DNA of 64,000 nt from Guillardia theta CCMP2712 (Eukaryota; Protista; Cryptophyta). The stretch is from contig NW_005434566.1 in NCBI RefSeq assembly GCF_000315625.1, positions 62,001 to 126,000 on the forward strand, given 5' to 3'. Positions 40,230 through 51,108 of this stretch are shown here, piece by piece (the first letter of the stretch is position 1; every line of letters starts with the position of its first letter). The notes under the pieces are model-generated. The model did no database searches. It was not told where the DNA came from and saw nothing but the letters and a program-made list of their open reading frames with translations. Position numbers and translations under genes: made by a program.

Positions 40230-42050
40230 CTTGTTAGATTCTTCAGACAGGGATGGATAATAATCTGAGAGCATGCGAGCCAGCCAACACGGCTGCACCT
40301 CATGACGTTGACATGTTTTACCAGCTTGACGAGCAGGGAGAAATTGAGGAACACGTTCCCTGTGTTGTACAGGAGTTCTGCACCGGTGAAGGTGATCGAA
40401 TACAGCAATGTCGTAGATCGCAAGAAGAGAAGATACTCGAGGATTCAGGTAGACGTGTCGAAGTCTCGATGTGCCCATGACGGTCGACTGGTATCAGGTG
40501 ACGGCTTTCATCATGAGCTGCCTGTCGCTGCTCGTGTATGAGACCGACGGCATGTCTGCCATGTCAGAGGTAAAAGGAGAGAAGTGATGAGGAAGGCTGT
40601 AAGGTTCGCCATGAGATCGCCTTCGAAGTCTTTCTTCTCTTGTGGAGAGGTATCAATGAGTTTTTCCATGACGAGTTCGATCTTTCCGCTGTCTGGTGAT
40701 GATCGTGCAACTTGCTTGCCGTGCAAGGTTTCCTGACCGTTCAGCCAGGCACCACGGGGGTTTTCTGCTTGTTTACATGATCTTTCAGTACAACAAGAGA
40801 TGGCAGAAACAATACAGCGACCTGGCTGTCCACATGCAGGTTGAGTAGATGACGATGTTTGTATCGATTCGTTGACGATGGCCTCCAAGATCTTGCACTT
40901 CCCGATGGTGTTGTGGTATTTAGGGGGTGAAGTCGTGAAGGGATGTGAGTGGATGTATTGAGCAAGAGGACAGGAAGGTATCACAGCATCCTCAGCAACG
41001 CTTCTCTCAGATCTCTTTGTGTGTTGCTCTTCAGACCCTCGTGGATACTTTCAGGTTCCCCCGCTGTTCCTTTCAGTGAGCTCATCCCAACATCAGTTTC
41101 CTTCCGCTTCTCCTCCATGGCGATGGCGACGGTGAACAGCCTAAGGCTGCTGGTGAGCTCCCATGGAGCCTCTTGCGCGCATGTCAAGAAGTTCATGGCA
41201 TGCAGGACGGACTCATCCTTGCTGCTCTCACCTGCGTCTATTTCCTCTTGGACCTTTACTGGTGAACGAGGCGGGGGATTTCTGATGGGAACAGGAGGAG
41301 GGCTGAGCGAGAAGGAAAGCAGGGGCAGGGGCAGGGGAAGGTTGGGGGAAGGAGGGGAGGGAGGGGGAAGAGGGAGGGAGGGAGGGAGGGAGGGAGGGAC
41401 GATGGTCAGTCCGTTGCAACTGCTCATAGCTAAGAAGGTCGAGCTGCTTCTTCGGGAGGGTCGGACCGAGCCACGTGCCCCTAACTCTGATATCTTCCTC
41501 CTGCGGTATCACTTTGCCCTTTCCCGCCTCCTTTCTTTCTTATGCCCCTCCATCCCTCTTCTTATGCCCCTCCATCCCACTCTCTAACTTTTCCCCGCCC
41601 CTTTCTGTTACCTCTCTCTCCATCTCCGTCTCCCTCTCCCTCTCCCTCTCCCTCGCTTCCCTTCGCTTTCTTCCTCCCTTAACGTCCTTGACGAGCCCTT
41701 CCCCAGGTATTATCCTTGCTATCCTAGCGAGCAAACACAAAAGGTCTCTGCAGAGAAGCTCGAGCTGAGCAGCTCCGATGGTGATCTGAACTTGTGCTCG
41801 GACTTTCCTGGCGTTGGGACGTGTCCCCTTGCCCTCCACATCCGGACTGCGGGCTCGAAGGAGTGGACAGGAGGAGGAGTGAGGGAAGAGCAGTGCAAGA
41901 TGCGGGAGCAGGCGACGGGATCAGTTGAGGAGGGCACATGGCACTTCGGAGTGTCTCAGTCGGGAGGGGTGGCAGGTGCGGGCCCACTAGCAGCTGCTCG
42001 CGTTTACCTACACTTGCTTCCCGCTGAGAGTTGTTGCTGGCAGGGATTTA
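40230..42050 (-). CDS. Hypothetical multi-exon gene
   Basis: Several open non-repetitive segments on the minus strand separated by SSR-like introns; structure not resolved. Confidence 0.3.
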
Positions 42051-42080
42051 GAGAGGCTGTGGGTGCTCCTTTTACATCTC

Positions 42081-42201
42081 GGACTATCATTGAAAGTATT
42101 CTACGATGAAGTCACAAGTAGGACTATCATTGAAAGTACTCTACGATGAAGTCACAAGTAGGACTATCATTGAAAGTATTCTACGATGAAGTCACAAGTA
42201 G
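42081..42201. repeat. 40-bp tandem repeat x3
   Basis: Unit GGACTATCATTGAAAGTATTCTACGATGAAGTCACAAGTA. Confidence 0.9.
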
Positions 42202-42272
42202 GCGAGAACTGTACGCCACGTTCCCACCGTCCCAGCTTCCTCTTCGTTCTGGGTTGTTCTCTCCTCCTCTTC

Positions 42273-43457
42273 CTCCTTCGTACGTCATGTGCTCGCAAGC
42301 CCTGTGCCCTCAGCCTCTCTCGCACCTCCAAGACAACTTCGAGCAGCTCTCCGTGTCCTCCAGCACCGACGACGATCCCTCCGAGTCGCTCATCGACCAG
42401 CTCTCAAGCCCCCTCGCGTCCCCTCGGAGCAAGATGAGCGTAGACGACACGTCTGCACAGGACTGCGGAGCTCCTCGACGAGATCAGCAGCGGGAGGGTG
42501 GGAGAGGACCGGCCGACATGATCGGTCCATGCCGAGCGAGAGCCGAGCTTAGAGCATTGTATGAAGGTGTGATGTGGTATCGGACAAGGTCTGGTATGTC
42601 AGAGTGATCACGTTACGTGCTATGAGATCGCTGAGAAGATTTTGCGCATGCTCCTGACAAGCAGTTGGCTGCTGCCGGTCTGACAGTACTTGACGTTGTT
42701 GACAAATCAAACTTGACGCCCCGAAGGCTTCAAGATCAAAAGGATCTTAGAAGCAGAACTTGATCTCAAAATTAGACACTCACGTTGAAAGAAATTGCCG
42801 AACACACGGCAGTTTCTCACTCAGCTTTGAATTCACAGCAGCAGCGATTCAATCAATTATATCAATTCATTTACAAACTCATAACGAAACAATCGTCACA
42901 ACAATTATTGATTACATATTATATCATACCCCGTGCAATACGAAACGCACAGGCTCCACTTGGCTCCTTTGAGTTCGCCCTTTTTCTTCCCCATCACTAT
43001 CACTATCACTTTCTCTATCTCTGTCTCTGTCTCTGTCTCTATCTCTGTGTCTATCTCTGTCCCTGTTCCTCCCTCCCTCCCCACACCTTCAGCACTCACA
43101 GCCTCATCCATTCTCCTGTCGAGCTTCTTATCCAAGGACGATTTTCAGCGCTCAGAAGCTTGATGCAATGCTCTAAGCTCTCAAGCTGCTTCGCTCGGCA
43201 TGGACCGATCGTGCCGGCCGGTCCTCTCCCACCCTTCCGCTGCTGATCTCGTCGAGGAGCTCCGCAGTCCTGTGCAGACGTGTCGTCTACGCTCATCTTG
43301 CTCCGAGGGGACGCGAGGGGGCTTGAGAGCTGGTCGATGAGCGACTCGGAGGGATCGTCGTCGGTGCTGGAGGACACGGAGAGCTGCTCGAAGTTGTCTT
43401 GGAGGTGCGAGAGAGGCTGAGGGCACAGGGCTTGCGAGCACATGACGTACGAAGGAG
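42273..43457. repeat. 267-bp inverted duplication (42273-42539 / 43191-43457) with 651-bp spacer
   Basis: Arms are reverse complements with about 3 mismatches; both encode the same MCSQALCPQPLSHLQDNFEQ… peptide pointing inward. Confidence 0.93.
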
Positions 43458-43699
43458 CGAGGGCGGTCAACACTACAAGATACGCGGTGTCGGCACCTAC
43501 ACCGTGCTGGGGTAATTACAAGTGAGGAGCCTACTACCCTGAATTTATGGGACTTGTGGGGGTGGGTCCTCTTTACTATGCTTTACCGCAGGATACGAGA
43601 TCGCACCTCTCCAGCCCTGCTCCGGCACCGTACCCTCCTTCAGGGGGTGGGTCATACGGGGACTCTTGAGGGGTAGTCGAACCCGTCGGCCTCGATCTG

Positions 43700-44097
43700 T
43701 ACGTACGGTCGCAGTGAGATTGAGAGGCGCGCCCGGTCGCACGCCTCAACGGTCACTCTGCTCGTACATTTTTATAGACTTGAGTAAAAGTTTAGTACCA
43801 GTGTCATGCTGAATCATGGACCGTCAGACGCAACTTCGGCTAAGTCCGGGTCGGACCGTGACTGAGCGGCCGCCAGCACCGCGACGCCGACCGTACACTA
43901 CGGTAGTACCGTCGGTACTACGGGCACGGTAGTGCAACTAACGGGTGGGCCGGCCCGATACTCCGAGTCAGGCGTGCCACCGGGTGACCCGGCGTCAGCG
44001 GCCCGCCCGGCCGGCGGCGGGCTCGGCCCGCGGACCGGCGGCCGGTCCGCCGGGTCACGGCCCGGCCGCCCGCCATTCTGGGGTCTTTCGTGGAAGT
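43700..44097. promoter_or_regulatory. Palindrome-dense GC island flanked by GGGGT/ACCCC tracts
   Basis: Composition as in the other islands; tracts at ~43500-43690 and ~44130-44460. Confidence 0.4.
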
Positions 44098-44499
44098 CAC
44101 AAATCGACGATATTTGTATTTCGTTTCTCAGGGGAGGGGTGGATACCGACCCCCCCGTTTTTGCGGGGTATTAAGCTGGTTTTCGGTCGGTGGGGGTCAC
44201 CTCGAACTTGAGCTAGCACTGGGTAAGTCGAAAAGACTCCTCTTGGATTACCGTTACGATTCAATTTGAAGTAACGAGTGGTCAAATAGTACCCCACCCC
44301 ACATCTTACATTCCATGAAGGGGGTCCTGAGCCCAAATTTCGAATCATTGTTATTTGACCTGAATCACTACCCCCTACCCCCAATCCAAATGAAATCGCT
44401 GGAAAAAATAAGGTAGAGGTGGTCTTATTCCTCTACTCCACAGGGCGACACCACAGGCCAGGGCAAGAGGCGATGGGGAAGGCACCTTACCAACGCGCT

Positions 44500-46235
44500 A
44501 GATACGATTATGCAAGCTTAGAGACTTCGAATCTTGATGTAGTCTAACATGATTGAAAGCAGAACTATGAAAGTGTTGCCATCTGGCATGCATGCCTCGA
44601 TTTACGGACAGCCGATATCCCTCACTCTGGTGATAAAACCATTCAGCGTGTGGTTGATACAAAATTACGTTGCAAAGGCGTGCTGCAACTTGCTGCATTG
44701 CTTGATAGAACATATGCGTTCGACTCGATGACGATAGAGCGATTCAAAACCATCATGATTCTGTGGATAGTTCGACAGATTGATCACTTCTTGGATACAC
44801 AGCAGAGCTGGCTTTTCGCATCCTTGTTCAAAATCCTTGTTCAAATCAGTTTCCCACAGAGCGGCCTTTAGGTAAGATAGCCCTACAGCTTGCCTCATCG
44901 GACTATCGCTTTCTTCCGAAGTCCAGGCTCTTCATGCCCCGCATGAACTTAATGCCGACGTCGTGTTGGGCGACACTTCAAGTTTCACATGGATACGCCA
45001 TGTTCTCGCCAAAGTGCTAATGAAGACTTGCAAATGCTTTGCGATGTTTCATCTGGTTCATTCTTACTGAAATATACCACCTTGAAGTGTGCTTGTGCTT
45101 GTGTTGTTCTACATCTGCACCATGCGCTTGCAGCACTGGATTGAATTGAATACATCAACTGTCATTTCTCATGTCTACACCTGAGTGTATGCATGCGTGC
45201 ATATCATGGAAAGAAACATGTCATCTTACGATTTCCAAATAGTGATGCATGTTAGCGTTGTAAATGCTAATGCTAAACATCACTGGTTTTGCTTGTCAAT
45301 GACAACTTGAGCAAATCACAAGAGGTTTTCACAATTACAAGAAGCATGCATACATGATGCGGTTGACTTTACAAGAAATTCACACAAACATTTGTTGGTT
45401 CATTTCTGTGCATGTCTCCTTTATGTATGGAACGCATCATTAGGACTCTAAGCTTACGGTTGAACATGACTGCAATGAAAGAAACCTTAATGAAGTGCGC
45501 ATGTTAATCACGGTATGCTGAAAGGAAAAAAAATGTTTACGTGTATGAGATTGCTCTCAATCACAGCGTCAACTTTGTGAACATTCCATGGATTCATATT
45601 GCTCTTTTTATCATTATAATGTTGAATTGAATAATGCTCACTGTCATGCATAGTGAAACCCTCGACTTCAAAATGTCACAACCATCGAAGGTGTTGGAGC
45701 TTTGAATCATCGAATATTTCCATGCTTTCTGTTCTTTGTCACTGTCCGAAAATAAGCCTGAGACTATTCATATCAGCATTTTAACCCATTGCAGCAAGAA
45801 AATTCCAAGGCTGTCGATCACTGTTGCATTCGTCGCTCCTAGTTTCCATCAAACGACGAAACAAACCTTCTCCCGGTAGATCTACTGGCAAAGTGCCATG
45901 TAGGGCTTGACAATGGTCTTGCATGGCACGGTACGAAGAGCTTCCTTGTCAAGATGCGCCATGTTGCAGTTATCTGTAACTCAACCTTGCACAGGCCGTG
46001 AGCGTGTGTAAGGCATGAAACTCAGGAGGAAATACATTTCGGAGGAGAGCAGAGAGATCCAGAAGCGTTGTGACTGAGGGAGCTGAAGAATGGAGAGCGA
46101 AGAGTACAACTTGCAAGGGCAGGCAAGGCCCGAGGGAGGAGGGGCAGCTCAGGGGGAAGCGTGGAAAGGGGGGGAAGGCGTGTGCCCCGGCTTCAAAATT
46201 TAAAAAGCCATTAATAAACAGGATCATGGACATGA
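44500..46235 (-). CDS. AT-rich hypothetical gene or degenerate coding region
   Basis: Short open segments and splice-like signals in a markedly AT-richer, SSR-free block; no family recognised. Confidence 0.25.
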
Positions 46236-46322
46236 ACCTGAAATATTACTAATTAGATTTCAGGTATAGCTGAAAATCGACGTATGACCCCCCTTTCCGC
46301 ACCCACCACCCTCCAGACTACA

Positions 46323-46950
46323 ACTTCCACAAAAGACCCCAGAATGCGCCGTCACAGTGACCCGGGCCGGCCGCCCGGCCGCGGGCAGCGCCCCGCGGCC
46401 GGGGCGGCCCTGAGAACTCACAGCGGCGGTCACCGTCACAGTGAGTGTAACTTGGACCTCATTTGTCGCGACTATCTGCATCCCCCGCCGCATTCACATT
46501 GAATCATTGAATGATTGTTCCTGCAGCGGCGCGGCGGGGCCCGGCGGGCGCCCCGGCCCCGCCGCCCGGCCTGATCGGCCCGGCCGGGGCCGATCCGCCG
46601 CCGGTCTGGGCCGGTCCGATCACATCGCCCCGCGATCCGATGATCGCTCGGCTCAGAGTCAGCGGCCCGCCCTCGGACCCCCGGGCCGCGGCCGCGGTAC
46701 CGTACAAGGCTGACTCGAAACTTGCCAAGTTGTGCTCCGTCGCGGGCCCACTTCACTATCAGTCGGACTCCCGATGACCGTAAACTTGTGACAGCGATGA
46801 GACTAACCCCAGGCTTATACTGGCCAAGCCTCTGCGGTGTCCGACTGAGGCGAGGCCCGGGCCCGGGCCCCACTCACTGAGTCAGTGAAACTTCACGGTC
46901 CGAGTCACTGTCACACAGAGCCTCGGAGTGGCACTGTCACTGCCGTCGCC
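46323..46950. promoter_or_regulatory. Palindrome-dense GC island upstream of the gene at 47152
   Basis: Composition as in the other islands; sits between putatively divergent genes. Confidence 0.45.
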
Positions 46951-47151
46951 GCCGCTGCCGCAAGAGTTGTGTTTTCTCCCCCTAATTGCTGAGCTAAATG
47001 AATATTGCTGCCCTCGATCAGTGCTTGGTGACGCAATGCTATGCGCTAACTGAATCAAAGGCGGAAAATACCTGGAGAGAGCAGAGAAGAACAAGAGAAC
47101 AAGAGAACAGCAGAAGAGGTATTCTGCACTAGAGAAACGAGAGCGAACGGC

Positions 47152-49555
47152 ATGGGCTTGAAAGCAACGGAGTCCTACAGGACAGCAGACGATCTTCATC
47201 GTGATGGAGACTTGCCCCGAGCATCGAGAGGATGGCTGGGAAGCGTGTCCTCCTTCATCGAGGAGATCCGAGACAACGGATTCGATCGAGTCTCGCTCTG
47301 CTTCGTGCGCATGTCGAGGAACGGGAGGGAGATCGCGGAGGAATACCTCCAGCCGTGAGCGAATGGAGTCGAGCTAGGAGGGAGCTGACTGCCATGACCG
47401 ACAGGTTCTCCCGTGGGCTTGCGAGCGGGTCGAGGAAGCACATCCTGATAGTAAGTGGTGGAAGGCGAGCGGGAGAGCTCGAGGTTGATACTGCTCCTTC
47501 CTCCAGTTGCTCCTCCTCGTCCTGCTGGGATTTGTGCTGGTGCACTGGATTGTTCTCAAGGACTCTAACCTGAACGCGAATCTCGTTCCTGCCCCTGCGC
47601 TCTGTGCGAGTCAGGTAAGGGACGGTGAGAGCTGGTGGGAGGTTGACGGTGTTAGGATGACCTCTACGACACCGCGTCCCACCTCTGCAGAGTCGGGAAC
47701 AAGTATGCGTTCTGGTTCTTGAAGAGGAAGGACTGGGTTCAGGTACCCTTCGCCGAATCTGAGGCCACTTGTGATGGAGTGTGCAGTGTGCGCCAAACCT
47801 TCCTGGCTACAAGTTGCTGCAGAGGAACGCGGACATGAACGGGAACTTCTGGTACTCGTACAAGCAGTCTGCACAGGTGGTGCTGTGACGGGTCTCGTGT
47901 GGTTGCTGATGGTGATGACGGCAGATCAAACAGTTCTACGACACTTGCATCCCCGAATGCGCCACGGACGAAGACGTGTACGACTCGAAGAGAGACCTAT
48001 GCAGGGTAACATGAGCACAAGTTTGGCCTCCCCCCCCCCTGATGACGTTTGGCAAGGTTACTGACGGGGTACTGGTGACCTGGTTGAACGGCGATGGGCA
48101 GAAATGTGCTACTGGCACGAAGGGGGAGCGAGCGATCAGGACGGCGACGGTGAAGAATGAATTGCTGCAATGAATGATCCTGTTTGCACCTTGAACACGA
48201 ACTTTTTGCTGTTTGCTCCTTGGTTGCATGCTCTCTGTCTCAGGCTGTGTTTATTGTTGAGAACTGGCCATGTGACATTTCCATCCCTTCCTGCCCTTCC
48301 CTTGCTTGCCTTCTGCTCAACTTGTGCCAGGCGTCTCTCTCGCATGCCAACGGCTACTTCTATGCTCCTGATGCCTCGGGCAAAGTGAGGAGGCTGCTGG
48401 AATCTTGTCACTCGTCTTGCGCCAAGGGAGACGTTCTTTTGCATGATAAACGGCACTGTCAGGTGAGAGGAGGAGAGGAGAGCAGATAGAGAAGAAGAGA
48501 GGAGACAAGAACAGGGATAGTTGGTGGAGGGGAAGGGAAGGAAGCGAGGAGACGATGGGTGGAGGAGAGGGGGGCGAGGGACAGCGGTGAGGAGTGCAGG
48601 ATAGCAGGAGAGGAAGCGGAACGGTGGAATCTGATGCTGACTTCTCACAGGTGATGAACAGCCTCGCTCTCAGGTTCATCTCCACGGGGGTTGGAACGTG
48701 CGATCGAAATTTGCAAGCGAGGAGGATGATTTCAACCATGGGCACGACAAGAGATGTGCAGGTCTTCGTCTACCTCCTTCTCGACCTCGCCCTCGTCTCA
48801 ATCTCTCCTGTTCATGACCACCTCCTCCCTCTTTTCACCCCCTTCTTCTTCATTCCTTCTCCTCCCTCTTTTCACCCCCTTCTTCTTCATTCCTTCTCCT
48901 TCCTCTTTTCACCCCCTTCTTCTTCATTCCTTCTCCTTCCTCTTTTCACCCCCTTCTTCTTCATTCCTTCTCCTCCCTCTTTTCACCCCCTTCTTCTTCA
49001 TTCCTTCTCCTTCCTCTTTTCACCCCCTTCTTCTTCATTCCTTCTCTCGTTCACCTTCCAGGAACTCTCCCCACACTCCCCCCCGCCCTCTCTCACGCTG
49101 TTCCCCTCGCTCTGCTGCTGCGCATCCCTTCCATCGTCGCCGTTGTCCCTTTCCTCTCCTCTACTAAACTCACGTTGCGTGTAGGGAGCGTACATGTACC
49201 CCAAAGAGCTCGGCAACGCCATCGAGCAATTTTACTTGAGTTGTATGCAAGGTTGGAATCGCAAGGGACGGGCAGGTAAAGCCTTCTGCACCTCTCCTCT
49301 CTCCTTCTCCTCCCTCCCTCTCCTCCTCCTATCCTCCTCCCTTCTTCCTCCTCCTCCTCACCCAGCACCTGCTCTTCCTCCTTCGCCTGCTTGTTCACTC
49401 CTCGCATCCCCTGCTCTCTCTCGTCTCAACCGGCGCCAGGCATCCGCACTATCCCGCACAGCTCGGAGACTGTGGGAGGGAAACCTCTGCGAGACGACGC
49501 GAAGCAGCGGAGACAAGCTAGGGTAGGACGCGAGCATGGGAGGTGATGCGCTGAC
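47152..49555 (+). CDS. Hypothetical type II membrane protein with Cys-rich luminal domain (multi-exon, end uncertain)
   Basis: MGLKATESY… then TM LLLLVLLGFVLVHWIVL, then exons such as CAPNLPGYKLL, YDTCIPECATD, CHSSCAKGDVLLHDKRHCQ and FYLSCMQGW. Confidence 0.55.
48825..49047. repeat. ~37-bp pyrimidine-rich intronic minisatellite (~6 copies)
   Basis: Unit approximately CCTCTTTTCACCCCCTTCTTCTTCATTCCTTCTCCT. Confidence 0.85.
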
Positions 49556-50107
49556 AGTGTAAGCAGAACGAGAGGAGGTGGGAAGAAGCTGTTCTGCAGA
49601 GCGACTACAACTGAGAGAGGACAGGGCGGGAGCATACGAAGCAACAATCTTACAAGAAACAAACACAAGAGAAGAACTCACCATCAACTATCTTACGAGA
49701 AACAAACACAAGAGAAGAACTCACCATCACTTCTCATCCGCGTCCTGTCCTCCTTCGCTCTCGTTGGCCCTCTCCTCGTCCTCCTCCTCATGCTCAAGTC
49801 ACCTCCTCCAGCTCTTCTTCTCCTCCCCTTCCTCTTCCTCCTACAGTACTCCATCCTCCTCCCCCCTCCCCCCCCTCGTGAAGTGGGTCCCTGCGCTCCC
49901 ATTTTTGAGTCGCTTTTCCCTACTGCGCCCCCTACTGAATTTGCGCTTTTCCCCTCTTGCTACCCTGAGCATCCTCTTCCGCATCTCCCGGCCCCGCTGC
50001 AGATAGANNNNNNNNNNNNNNNNNNNNNNNNNNNNNNNNNNNNNNNNNNNNNNNNNNNNNNNNNNNNNNNNNNNNNNNNNNNNNNNNNNNNNNNNNNNNN
50101 NNNNNNN

Positions 50108-50525
50108 AGGATCAGAGTAGAAACCCTGGTCGACACGGAGCTTGATCACTATCGCCTAGGCAGTAGTAGCCCGCCACGCACTCCAGGCAAGCTGTCTGTC
50201 CCTCTAGTGACGTGTACGTCCCTGCTACGCATGCCGTGCACGAGGTACCTCCACATGCCTGGGAAAACTTTCCGACCTGACAGGCGGAGCAGCTCCGATT
50301 TCCGTCTTGTATCCAGGTGCCAGCCTTGCAGATCAAAAGCGGCATCGTGAATGGCAAAGAATGAGAGACAGGGGCGAAGTCCATGGCAACGGGGTAGTTG
50401 GTATTGACACCCGAGTCCCCTGCTACGTAAATCTGAATTGAAGCTGGCTGCTGTGCAGAGAATGAGTTCTGGACTGGAAACGAGAAAGAGACGATCTTTG
50501 AAGATTCGGTGACAGCAATTGTGTA
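50108..50525 (-). CDS. Fragment of Cys-rich (ephrin-receptor-like/GCC2-GCC3-type repeat) surface protein
   Basis: CKAGTW…CSACQVGKFS…CTACVAGTYTSLEGQTACLECVAGYYC…PCRPGF: CxxCxxGxY repeats. Both ends are missing. Confidence 0.7.
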
Positions 50526-50590
50526 GAGGAGAGGAGAGGCGTGGAGAGGAGAGGAGAGGAGAGGAGGGCAAGGGAGAAGATACTGCAAGG

Positions 50591-51024
50591 ATGAAGAAAC
50601 TGGTCCTTCCTTTCATCCTCGCAGCCTCTATCCTCGCTCTGACTCCTCTGATTCTCCTGCACTCCATCGATGATGTCAACCATAGCCGGAGCCCGGGAAG
50701 AGGAGTGGGGCGAGGAGGAGGAGGAGGAGGTGGTGGTGGTGGTCGAGGAGGAGTTATCAAGTCGAACAGGACGCCGTTGGCTGAGAGCAGCTTGTTGCAT
50801 GGGGAGAAGGTTGCTGTTCGGGCGGAGGTCACGAACTCATCGGTCCATGCCGACGGCTCCTTCGCTTCCCTGCTGCAGCGACTAAAGACGCAGAAAGAAA
50901 GAGTCCATGAGGTAGCGGAGCCTGACAGAGCGAGCAAGGAGAGGACGAAGACGAAGCCGCAGCAGCTCAAAGATTCCTCCTCCTCCTCCTCCTCCTCCTC
51001 CTCCTCCTCCTCCAACAGCAATAT

Positions 51025-51108
<84 letters not shown>

